From Leucoraja ocellata (Eukaryota): a stretch of DNA of 64,000 nucleotides. Both the position numbers and the translations under genes were made by a program. The notes under the pieces are model-generated. The model searched no databases, was not told the DNA's origin, and was given only the letters and a program-made list of their open reading frames with translations. The DNA is taken from the NCBI GenBank assembly GCA_036785375.1, contig JAWMAR010000006.1, positions 7,564,001-7,628,000 on the forward strand, written 5' to 3'. This document shows, one piece after another, positions 25,601 to 36,489 of this stretch; within the stretch, counting starts at the first letter, position 1; the number at the start of each line of letters is the position of its first letter.

Positions 25601-28600
25601 CCGCCCACAAACACAGCCCACACTCCGCTCCTTCAGCTTTATTCTCGGGGCCGATGATTGACAGCGGGTGCCGGAAGGGGCATCGCCGTCCCAGCGAATA
25701 ACAGACCAATAACTTTTGTAATATTTCACCAATCGGTACAAAACCTGGTGCGCTTGGAGCAGAGGAGAACGGTGAGAAAGGTGGCGAAAAATCCCAGCGA
25801 TATAGGGTACCGTTTTTTCACAAATTTAAAAACAACGCAAACCAGAAGAGGACAAGATGGGTAGTAATAGCATAGATAGATGGGCCAAATGCAGGCAGGT
25901 GGGACTAGTGTAGATGGGACATGTTGGCCAGTGTGGGCAAGTTGGGCTGAGGGGCCTGTTTCCACACAGTAATATTCTACAAGTCTATGACATTCTGCTG
26001 TCCAATGTATAAGTCTACTGCACCAAAAACTGTCAGAAAAGAAGTGCCAGGGCCCTGCATGACGTGAAGCCAGGAAGTGGTTTCAAAGTCTTTCCTCCAC
26101 ATCTAAAGCATCAGCTCTGAACTAACCGATTAAAAATAAATTTCTCCACTCTGCAACTAAGGAGGATGCATTGACGGATACACTGCCGTTGCCTTATAAT
26201 GAAGATTGACGCAATGTGCTGGAGTAACTCATTAGGTCAGACATTATCTCTGGGGAAAAAAGATGGATGACAATCTGGTCGGGACCCCTCTTCAGATTGA
26301 AAGACTGAATGCCTTATAATGAAGACAGGACAGGAACTGAAGAAGAGGAAATGTAGAAGAAACCAACACTAAAGGATTATACCGACTATGATGTCACCTT
26401 CCAACATAAGAACACAACAAATAGAAGCAAGAGCCAGGAGTTCCTCATACTCATTCCCACCAAGATGGTCGAGAGCTTCAAGTTCCTGAGTGTAAATATC
26501 TCCGACTGATGGTCCAGATCCAACCACTTTGAAGTTACGGCTAAGAAAGCACATCAACACCTCACAATAAGGGGGACGTTTCAGGACATGCTGCTGTCTA
26601 AATGTACAAGCCTACTGCACCAAAAACTGTCAGAAAGAGTCCTGCATGACTTCAAGCCAGGAAGTGGTTTCAAAGTCTTTCCTTGACATCTAAAGCATCA
26701 GCTCTGAACAAATTGTTTAAGACTTGGACATTTGGCATGAAATGTCAGAAGTCTCAGAAGACTAAGGACATTTGGCATGTACTACTACAACTACTCATAC
26801 TAACTGCTACAGATGTATAGAAAGCGTCTTATTAGGATGCATCACAACTTGGTTTGGCAACAAATCTGCCCAAAACTGAAATAAATTGCAGGGTTGTGGA
26901 TGTAGCCTAGTCCATCATACAAACCAACCTCTCTCTTCCCTCTCCTCTGACCTCATCTACACGGAGAACAGCCAACATAATCAAGGATTATTTACACCCC
27001 AATCATTCCCTCTTCTCCACTCTCCTGTCGGGCAGATGATGCAAAAGCCTGAAAGCATGTAGCTAGATTCAGGAACAGCTACATCCCCATTGTTATTAGA
27101 CCACTGAACGGCCCTCCTATAAACTAAGGGTACAGTCCTAATCTCCTAGTCTATCTCACTGCTGTCCTTACACTTCTTTTAAACTGCACTTTCTATGTAA
27201 CTGTAATGAAATAGTTTTGTAACACTATATACTGCATTTTGATATTATCTCTTTGCACAACCTGGTATACTTGTGTAACAGTTTGATTGTACTCATGTAT
27301 AGTCATTGTGCTGCTACAGTAAGATCTGGTCAAAGCACAAAAACAATGTTTTTTTTAACTGTGACCACTGTGACAATAACAAAGCAATACCAATACAATG
27401 AGATCATGGATAATCTTTCCGTTTTGCACAACTTCCTTTTGCAGTAACCCCTTCAGTTCTCCCATATCAAAACAAATCTACAGACCAGAGTTCCTGGAGC
27501 AATATCCCTTCTTTGTGAATTCCCTATAAAGAGTTATGTGCTAAGATGGAGAAATAATTGGCTTCCCTTTGTGAAGAGGCCAATTGCAGGATAATTATTG
27601 GCTGCCCTTTGTTGCGACATTGCTTTCCAAAACACCTGGAAAATCCCCTATTCTTCTTCTTTCTGTGGCACATTTTATATAGGAACAATGCCCCCCTGTA
27701 AAATTTCCCCCAGGGCAAAAACACGTCACTTGTTCGTGATGTTTATAAATGACTTGGACAAAATTGTAGATTGATAGATTAGCAAGTTTGCAGACAATAC
27801 AACAACAAAAAGAATTGGCGGGGTTGCAAACAATGATGAAGACTGTCAAATATGGGCAGAGAACATATGGGCAGAGAAATGGCAGATGGAGTTTAATCTG
27901 GGCAAGTGCGAGTGTTGTACGTTGGGAAAGTATACAGTCCATGGCAGAAAACCTAACTGCATTGATGTATAGAGGGATCTTGAGGTCCAAGTTCATAGCT
28001 CTCTGAGAGGAACAACACACGTAGATAGAGTGGTGGAGAAGGTATGCTTGTCTTATCAGTTGAGGCATTATTGAGAAAGTCATGATGCATCTTTACAGGA
28101 CTGTGGTTAAGCTGCATTTGGAGTTTTCTGATCGCCCCATTACAGGAAGGATGTGAAGAGTTTGGAAATGGCACACAAGAGGTTTACCAGAAACAAAAAA
28201 GAAGGCACTAGAGTAACTCAATGGTCAGACAGCATCTGGAGGCAATGGCTGGGTGATGTTTTGACAGAATCACACTTCAGATTAAAGAGGTTGACCAAAA
28301 TGCTGCCTGAATGGGACCCATGGGCTTGGGTTCAGCTCAGCTTATATCTTTGTAGCCAAGCAGAAGATTTGTGCAGATGATTAGACAATAGTTTGGTCAG
28401 CAGGAAATGTGGGTTAATCAACTAGCTCACACATTAGCCAAGCAGTGATGCTGTCAAAGAACTGAGGTTACTATCACGCGTGGTGTGGGAAGACACATGT
28501 TAGAGAGGACTTTGCTTAAACTAATCTCATGTAATTTGAGTGGAGGGTTCTAAACTGATAGGGGAAGGTTTCATCGACTGACTAATGTTCTGCAAGGTGA

Positions 28601-29127
28601 ATTTTCCTTTTATGGTAGGGTGACCACAACTTCCAAATGGGAGAAGAACAAGATAACAAGGTGGAACAGTGGTGCAGCTGGTAGATTAGCTGCTTCACAG
28701 CACCAGAGACCCAGGTTTGATCCTGACCTTGGGTGCGACCAACATGTGCATGTGCTCTCGGTGAACATATGGATTTCATAGAAACATAGAAACATAGAAA
28801 ATAGGTGCAGGAGTAGGCCATTCGGCCCTTCGAGCCTGCATCGCCATTCGATATGACCATGGCTGATCATCCAACTCAGTATCCCATCCCTGCCTTCTCT
28901 CCATACCCCCCTGATCCCTTTAGCCACAAGGGCCACATCTAACTCCCTCTTAAAATAAGCCAATGAATTGGCCTCAACTACCTTCTGTGGCAGAGATTCA
29001 TCACTCTCTGTGTAAAACAATTTCATCCGGATTCCTCCGACATCCTAAAGGCGTGTGGGTTTGAGAGCTAATTGGCCTCCGTAAATTGTCCACAATGTGA
29101 GGAGGGAGTGGATGCAAAAGGAAGAAA

Positions 29128-29402
29128 TAGCCTGTCCCACTTAGGCATTTTTTTAGGCGACTGCAGGAAACTATGCAGTCGCCACATGGTCGCCGCATGT
29201 TCGCGGGTGGTTGCCGGGGAGTCGCCTTCATGGTCGTGAGGAGTTCCCGTATTCTGGGAATTAGTCGCGGCCTCATTATGGTCGCCGTGAATTTTTCAAT
29301 ATGTTTGAAAATTTGCAGCGACTAGAATAAAGTCACCGGGGAGAGTGTGGGAATTCTGGAGCCGTAGGTGGGTCGCCAGGAGGTCTAAGTCAGACAGGCC
29401 CA
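29128..29402. mobile_element. Harbinger-like MITE of the same TIR family, nested in a V-SINE
   Basis: Ends GCCTGTCCCACTTAG...CTAAGTCAGACAGGC; CpG-rich interior. Confidence 0.7.
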
Positions 29403-29878
29403 TAACATAAAACTAATGTGAAACCGTAATCAGTGGCCGGCGTGGACTTGGTGGGTCAAATGGCCTGCAATATCTTTCAATCCATAAAACAGTCTGTTGA
29501 TTTCCTGACCTGAAACATCACCTCTCCTTTATACCGCGCTTTGTGTCTATCTTCAATATTTAACATGTTCACAGTTCTGGGTCTGCTGCCCTCGAGTGGA
29601 GATAACGAGCACAGCACTCCGGCAATCGGTGACCTTGAACCTATACTGGAATTTGGACAATTTTTACACTGGACACTTTTTACATATATCAAGCCAATTA
29701 ACCTAAAAACCTGTATGTCTTTGGAATGTGGGAGGAAACCAAAGATCTTGGAGAAAACCCACGCAAGTCACGGGGTGAACGTACAAACTCCATACAGACA
29801 GCGCCCGTAGTCTCCAGCGCTGCATTTTTGCTGTAAGGCAGCAACTCTACTGCTGCGCCACCGTGACCTTACCTTGTT

Positions 29879-30061
29879 GGAGCAACTCAGTGGGTGAGGC
29901 AGCATATGGAGAGAAGGAATGGGTGACGTTTTGGGTCGAGACCCTTCTTCAGTCTCAACCCGAAACATTCCTTCTCTCCATTCCTACCTCACCCACTGAG
30001 TTGCTCCAGCATCTTGTGTCTACCTTCGATTTTATCCAGCATCTGCAGTTCTTTCTCACAA
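29879..30061 (+). mobile_element. Penelope-derived fold-back insertion with 11-bp TSD CTTACCTTGTT
   Basis: Inverted arms. TSD copies at 29868-29878 and 30062-30072. Confidence 0.8.
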
Positions 30062-30066
30062 CTTAC

Positions 30067-30196
30067 CTTGTTCAGCAGGAATCGTGTCAGTAGGAGGGGG
30101 ACCTTTGCTCCAAGTTACAAGAGGCGACGGAGAGAACGTTCTGAGGAAAACATCTCCTGGTGCTTTTTCTGGGTAAATTTCTCGTTCACATGCCAT
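30067..30196 (-). other. Putative 130-nt exon of an unidentified transcript (MACEREIYPEKAPGDVFLRTFSPSPLVTWSKGPPPTDTIPAEQ-G)
   Basis: Strong acceptor ttttgtcatttgcag and strong donor AAG|gtaagt. Only one of three frames is open, and it matches the phase of the 31814 donor. Confidence 0.4.
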
Positions 30197-30734
30197 CTGC
30201 AAATGACAAAAGCCCCCTTTTCTCTCATCAACAGTCCTGCAATGGAAGGGATGCAGTGAACAAAGAATGCCTAGAAGCTCAATGCCATCTTAGTGTTGAC
30301 ATAGAAATATTGAAAATAAGTGCAGGAGTAGGCCATTCGGCTCTTCAAGCCAGCACAATGTGATCATGGCTGATCATCCAGAATCAGTACCCTGTTCCTG
30401 CTTTCTCCCTATATCCCTTGATTCTGTTAGCCCTAAGAGCTATATCTAACTCTCTCTTGAATACATCCAATGAATTGACCTCCACTGTTTTCTGTGGACG
30501 AGAATTACAGATTCACAACTCTCTGGCTGAAAAAGATTTCCTTCATCTCAGTTTTGGTTTATTATTGTCACATGTAGCAACTTACAGTTTAAAAAAAAAC
30601 GTTGTTTTGCATGCTATCCAAACAAATCACACCTTACACGAGTAGATAGAAGGGACTGTTCATTCTGGTTTACAAAAAAAATGCTGGAGGAACTCGGCAG
30701 GTCAGGCAGCATCTCTTGAGAACATGGATAGATA

Positions 30735-31190
30735 CTCCCGAATTGGCTTCCTTTACATCAATGAGACCAAGCGTAGATTAGGCAACTGTTTCGCTGAACA
30801 CTTGCACTCGGTCCACCAAGACCTGCAGGATCTCCTTGCTGCTAACCATTTTAGTTCCCCTTCCCATACTGACCTGGACCTCCTCCACTGCCAGAATGAG
30901 ATCAGCCACAAACTGGAGGCACACTTTCCCCTATATTCCTTCCTCTAGCTTCACATTTTGCACCTCTTCTCACAACCTTTTGTCTTCTTCCCTTCTATGG
31001 CTTTGGTCCATCCATCCGACAATCAAAAACACCCCTCACCTGTATTTCCTATCACTTGCCAGGCTTTGTCCCACCGCAAACCCTCTTTCAGCTTTCGCTG
31101 TCTGAAGGAGGGTCCAGCCTGAAACAACATTTATCCACGTTCGCCAGAGATGCGGCCTGCCCCGCTGAATTACTCCTGCACATTGTGCCA
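30735..31190 (+). mobile_element. Penelope-like element fragment: GIY-YIG endonuclease remnant plus pLTR
   Basis: LYINETKRRLGNCFAEHL..V...DLLAANHF.SPSHT resembles PLE YIGETKRRL..RF.EH. Followed by a pyrimidine-rich tract and GTCTGAAGGAGGGTCC..CCTGAAAC. Confidence 0.8.
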
Positions 31191-31813
31191 TACATGATTA
31201 CATCAAGGTAGTGCAAAAGAGTAAATAAACAGAGTTGCAAATATAGTGTACAACTACAGAGAAAATGCAGATCTTTTTAAAGAGCTACAATGAGAAAGAT
31301 CGGAAGATCAGGATTCATCATCAGCATATGAGAGTTCTGATATCAGCAAAAAAGTTGTTTTTGAATCGGGTGGTATGTGCTTTCAAGTTTTTGTATCTTG
31401 TGTGTTTTGCTGGCCATAAGGATATATTCTCCATCTTCCAAACCATCTTGTTGCGGCTCTTGTGCTTGTTTTATCTGCACTTTCTTTGCCTATAACACAC
31501 TATTCTGCACTATTTTTTGTTACCTAGAAAGTATGTGAAGCATTTCACTGTAATTTGGTATGCAGACAATACTTACATGAATACATTAAGGTAGTGCAAA
31601 AGAGAAAATAAATAGTGCAGAGTATAGTGGTAATACCAATTAATAGGGCGGGCTCCACATTGGGTTGAGGTTTTAGAGCCCAGACACCAGAACAGTTAGC
31701 TCCATTTATCATGACCCAGCACTTTGCATACTCTTCATTTCAGCATATCTCACAGTTCTCTCTCCTCTGAGGTGCACCCAATGATCTCAGCATCCATCAA
31801 CACCCACCGTTAC

Positions 31814-32035
31814 CTTTACTGCCTGTAAATTGGAGGTCGGAAGAGAATCCTGCATCCCCAGGGCTTTGCTGATGCTGGACTGGCAGACTTTTTGTATCTC
31901 TAAACTAAAGTAAACTTTCCCGATTTTGTTCCACATGGGTTTTTTTTCTCTCTGGGAGCACGAGACATGCTCAGCCTGACCTGCCAAGGACAGATTCTGC
32001 TCTGCACTTTGCAATTCCCACATTCTTTTGTCCAT
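31814..32035 (-). other. Putative exon of an unidentified transcript (MDKRMWELQSAEQ...SNLQAVK)
   Basis: Non-repeat open frame ending at AAG|gtaacg in phase 0. Candidate acceptors near 32057 or 32071. No recognisable homology. Confidence 0.3.
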
Positions 32036-33249
32036 GTTCTTCTGTCTATGTTCCAACTATCCAAGTGCTCCTATTCAACAGATGATCTTCTTTAAAGCTT
32101 CTCCCCTTGGTTACCCCCACTTAATCATATTAGAAACATCCTCCCGCCCCACCTTCCCTGCAACTTAATGATAATTTTTTTGTCTCCAATTTCAGTTCCA
32201 ATTAAAGGTTTCCAACCAGAACTGTTCTTGGTTTCTCTTCCCACAGATACAGCCTGATCTATGGAATATTTGCAGCGTTTTCTGTTTTTATTTCCAGCAT
32301 TTGCAATTACTTTGATTTCTAGATTTATTGGATTATTAGATATTACTCCCTTTAATGCATCAACACACATCTATTTGCCATGGTTTTAGATGTTACATGG
32401 TAGTATAATACATTTTCATGTCAACCATGTAAGTTTAAAGGGGATGTGGAATGAGGCCTAATTAGTCCAATGCTGAATCATTGGGATTTATATACAATGG
32501 ATTATCGGAGTTGAACAGTATTCAAAAGGACTACAGTATCTGCTGACATCTGGAGGCTCGAATGGGCAACTCCAGAACTAACTGTCGGGGACTCAAATGC
32601 TTTTACAAATTGTACAGAATGTAGTGAGTCAAACAGAGAATGCTCTCCCAAAAATTTTCATGCAAGTACAGTCATTCAATAGCTGTCTGCAAGGTGACAC
32701 AGCCAGCAACAATTTAATAGCAATCTCAAAGAAAACACATAATGTCTCTACTTTCTAAGAAGTTTGAAAAGATTCTGCATGCCACTGAACAATCTAACTT
32801 CCACAGATGCACTGTGGAAAGTATCCTGACTGGTTGCATTATGGCCTGGCCCTATAATTCCAATGCACAAGAATACAAGAGGCTGCAAAGAATGGTGGAC
32901 TCACCCCGGTCCATTATGGGCACAGCCCTCCACATCATTGAAAGCATCAATGAGCCTCTGCCTCAGAGGCTCACCTATCATCACCGTCACAACCCTAATC
33001 CTACCTCGACAAATGAATACTATGGACTCGTTTCCTAGTTTAGTATGTTTGTACTGACGTCTTGTTTCTTTGCTATCTTTTTCTTTTCACTGTCCCAGTT
33101 ATAGGGTCTGTTAATTTATGTAGAATTTATATTTTATGTGTTGCCTGTGATGTTGCTGCAAGCAAGATTGTCATCGTACAGTATGAAAATTCGTACATAT
33201 GACAAGAAACTCGACTTGACTTCACTTACAAGATAGTGTTGAGGTGAAG

Positions 33250-33720
33250 TCGCTATGGCCAAACCATCCTTCATGTCATTTAACGGGTGTCACGGGTGGT
33301 CAGTCCATCAGACAGGGAGAGGTGGAACCTGGTCCGGAGCCCCCGAGCCGACTGTCACTGAGCAGGGTTCCCCTAGTCTGCACACCCCACCAGCGAGAGA
33401 GCACCGCAACTACTGGGTGATCCTGCCCGAAGCCCTCCTCTCCTCTCCGGGCTGTTATTTCTCTGGCGGACGGGGAGCATCGGCGCTTCATTCCACCGGC
33501 AATACCAGGCACCGCCGAGCCTGCGGCTGCTCGTCTTCAGCCCGGGCCGCTGCCGTGGGGAGGGTCGGGCGGGGGAAGAGGCACCTGACACATATTATGT
33601 TCCTATAGGTGGGAGAACATATAAAAGGGGGCCGAATAATAATTGTTTTAAACTCATTGCGCCAATAATTGTTTTAAACTCATGTTCCCGCATCCGGCGG
33701 ACGCTCAGTTTCGACCCTGA
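33250..33720. promoter_or_regulatory. Small CpG island adjacent to the tRNA gene; possible Pol II promoter or first exon
   Basis: Dense CpG/GC sequence in a CpG-poor background, GC box GGGCGGGG near 33567, TATAAAAG at 33620-33627 (+). Confidence 0.6.
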
Positions 33721-33798
33721 AGCTGTGACAATGTGCATTACACCATCAGTATCCACAGCGACTAAAAACAGAGGAAACACCCAGTTAGTCCTTTCTTC

Positions 33799-33802
33799 AA
33801 AA
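33799..33802 (-). terminator. Pol III terminator (T4) of the tRNA-Gly gene
   Basis: TCTG-TTTT immediately after the discriminator A on the minus strand. Confidence 0.7.
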
Positions 33803-33806
33803 CAGA

Positions 33807-33878
33807 TGCGATGGCCGGGAATCGAACCCGGGTCAACTGCTTGGAAGGCAGCTATGCTCACCACTATACCACCATCGC
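33807..33878 (-). tRNA. TRG-TCC: tRNA-Gly (anticodon TCC)
   Basis: Reverse complement reads GCGATGGTGGTATAGTGGTGAGCATAGCTGCCTTCCAAGCAGTTGACCCGGGTTCGATTCCCGGCCATCGCA. 72 nt, perfect acceptor stem, intact A and B boxes. Confidence 0.98.
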
Positions 33879-36489
33879 AGCGCTGGAAGGGAGAGTGAAA
33901 ACGCGCCTTACATCATTAGACACACACGTAACAATGTTACAGTGAGAATGTCATGCTGTACACCCCCATTTAATTTTAAGATCGAAGAAACGTACTTTTT
34001 TTCCAACAGTAAAAATTATAAAGGGACTTATGCAGGCCAGAAGAATGCAAAATGCGAGCAGCTGCCAACGTTAATTCTTTTTATCGTCTCCCATTACCTC
34101 TTCAACATGATCTGTACCTGTTAGATCTCCTTTTGTCTTCAGGAATTAGGTTGATTTCTGGGTTGACGTCTGAGAGGAGGTTAATAAATTGAATGTGGGA
34201 ATTTAGAACAATTATACTATTTCATATAATTCTAGAGGAAATTGACAGGGTGGATGATGAGAGGAGATACCTAGATCTATTTAAGATGGAGTGAGAAAGA
34301 ACTTATTCCCTACCAAGGAGACATTGAATCCGTTCAAACTACAAGGCAATCAAGGGCCATGGGGAATGCAGGAAATGGATCATACTATGAAATGGAGGAG
34401 CAGGAACAAGGGGTGTGGCCAGGCGTCTATCCCATCCATAATTGTCCCAGAATAGGTGGCGCTTTTCTGTAAGGAATTCCAAGGACTGACTACATAGTCA
34501 AATCCGATTATACGTCATGAAGGGGAGCGTGTGGTGACTGGTATTTCCTTTGCGATATAGATCATAGCTAATAACCGCAATTAATTTCATGGTGTCAGTC
34601 AAATAGGCTGCTTCAAGCAGGATGGTGTCAGAAAGGGGCAACAGACAACCCTTCTTCAGACTGAGAGTCAGGGCCAAAGATTATAGAGGCTAATCTTTAG
34701 TCAGGGCTGAGTCAGAGTCGGTCTGAAGGAGGGTCTCGTCCCAAAACGTCACTCATTCCTTCTCTCCAGAGAAGCTGCCTGTCCCGCTGAGTTACTCCAA
34801 CATTTTTTCCCTATCTTGACTGGCCTGCAATTCTCTGGATTCTCCATTTCCCTTGCTAAACACTGGAACTTTAACAGGTACATAGTTCCCAGAAAGTGGC
34901 GTTACTGGTATTAAAAAAAAGATTGGCCAAGGTGGCTATCCGTACAATGGCCTTCATCAGTCAGGGTATTGTTTAGAAATCAGGATGTTAAGTTACAGTT
35001 GTAGAGATGTTAATGATGTTTTGATCACGCTACTATGGGAAGAATGTTGTTAAGCTGGAAAGAGTGCAGAGATGATGATGTTGCCAGGACTTGAAGGCCT
35101 CAGTTATAGGGAGAGATTAGACAAGCTAGGACTTTAATCCTTGAAGCACAAGAGGCCTGGAGTGGTCTTATAGAGGTGTATAAAACCATGAGGGGAAATA
35201 GTGAATGCAGTCTTTTACCCAGTCAGGGAATCAAGAACCAGAGGACACCAGTTTAAGGTGAGAGGGGAAAGATTTCATAGGAATCCGAGGGGCAATTTTT
35301 TTCACCTAGAGGATGGTGGGTGTACGGAACAAGCTGCCAGAGGAAGTAGTTGTGACTGTATCTTTATCTTTACTATATCTGTAAATACATTTGGACTGGT
35401 ATTTGATAGGAAAGGTTTAGAGGGACATGAGCCAAAGATGGCAGGTGAGACCAGTGTAGATGGGGTATCTTGGTCAACATGGGTAAGTTGGGCTGAAGAG
35501 CCTTTTTTTGTGCTGTATAAACGGTCCTTCTATAAGCTACAGTAGTTTGATTCACCTCTACTTCAATGTGGACAATGGACTGTCATTGGAACTGGTTCAC
35601 TACAATGCTGAGAACTGTATTCTGCACTGCATCTTTCCCTTTCCTCTATTGTTTTTGAATTTGGCTTAATTGCATTTACATATAGTATTTCTGATTTAAT
35701 GGCATATCAAACAGGGCATTTCACTATACCTCTGTACACATTACAATAATAAACCTAAACCTACCTTGACATTGTTTCACTTGCACCCCACTGAACTACA
35801 ATTTTCAAAAGCACCATTAGTTGTCACTTTCCATGTCTAGCCACCTGCAACATTCACTGATACCCGCCAAAAGGCTATTCACTCAGTTAGTTGACTTTCT
35901 GAAAATACTCATAAAGCCAGACTCAGATGGTACAAGATGGCTCCAGTACTTGAAATCAAAGGCAGTACTCCAAGTCTGTTTGATCAATGCCTAGTATGCC
36001 TTCAAAAGAATGAAAGCATGTACCACACGATTCAGGAACAGCTTCGATACCCCCACCAGAATCAGGAACCTTACCCACTGCTGTTGTTAGACTATGGAAT
36101 GGTCCTCTCATTTTCCAATCTCATACAATATCTCATATGATATCCTAACTTACCTCAGTGGCCATTACACTTTTTTTTTACCTGCACACCCTCTCCAATT
36201 GTAATATTATAATGTTGAACAATATATTCCACTACCTGGTATTTTCCTCTTTGCACCACTAGTGGGACTTGTGTATGGCTCGATGGTACTCATGTACAGT
36301 ATGATTTGACTGCATAGCGAGCAAAGTTTTCCCACTGTATCTCAGTGTACATGGCAATATTAAACCAATACCTTCTTAGCTAAACAAGTGCTCTGTGGTT
36401 CACTTTTGCTGAAACTGAGAACAGCTGCAGTGGCCTTTATAATGGTTCACTAAGACATTAGCAAGCAAGCTTAAAAATACCACAAAACT

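Noticed and set aside
27720-28083. 5' part of the 162-aa minus-strand ORF 27595-28083
   Set aside because: It is antisense to a decayed CR1 RT fragment (KFADNT motif on the + strand).
29590-29610. CTCF-like motif CCACTCGAGGGCAGC on the minus strand
   Set aside because: A single imperfect match among repeats cannot be supported without a PWM score or ChIP data.
10300-36400. NMRK2 or ATCAY, the genes next to DAPK3 in human
   Set aside because: I found no nucleoside-kinase P-loop or BCH-domain exons by eye, though very short exons could have been missed.
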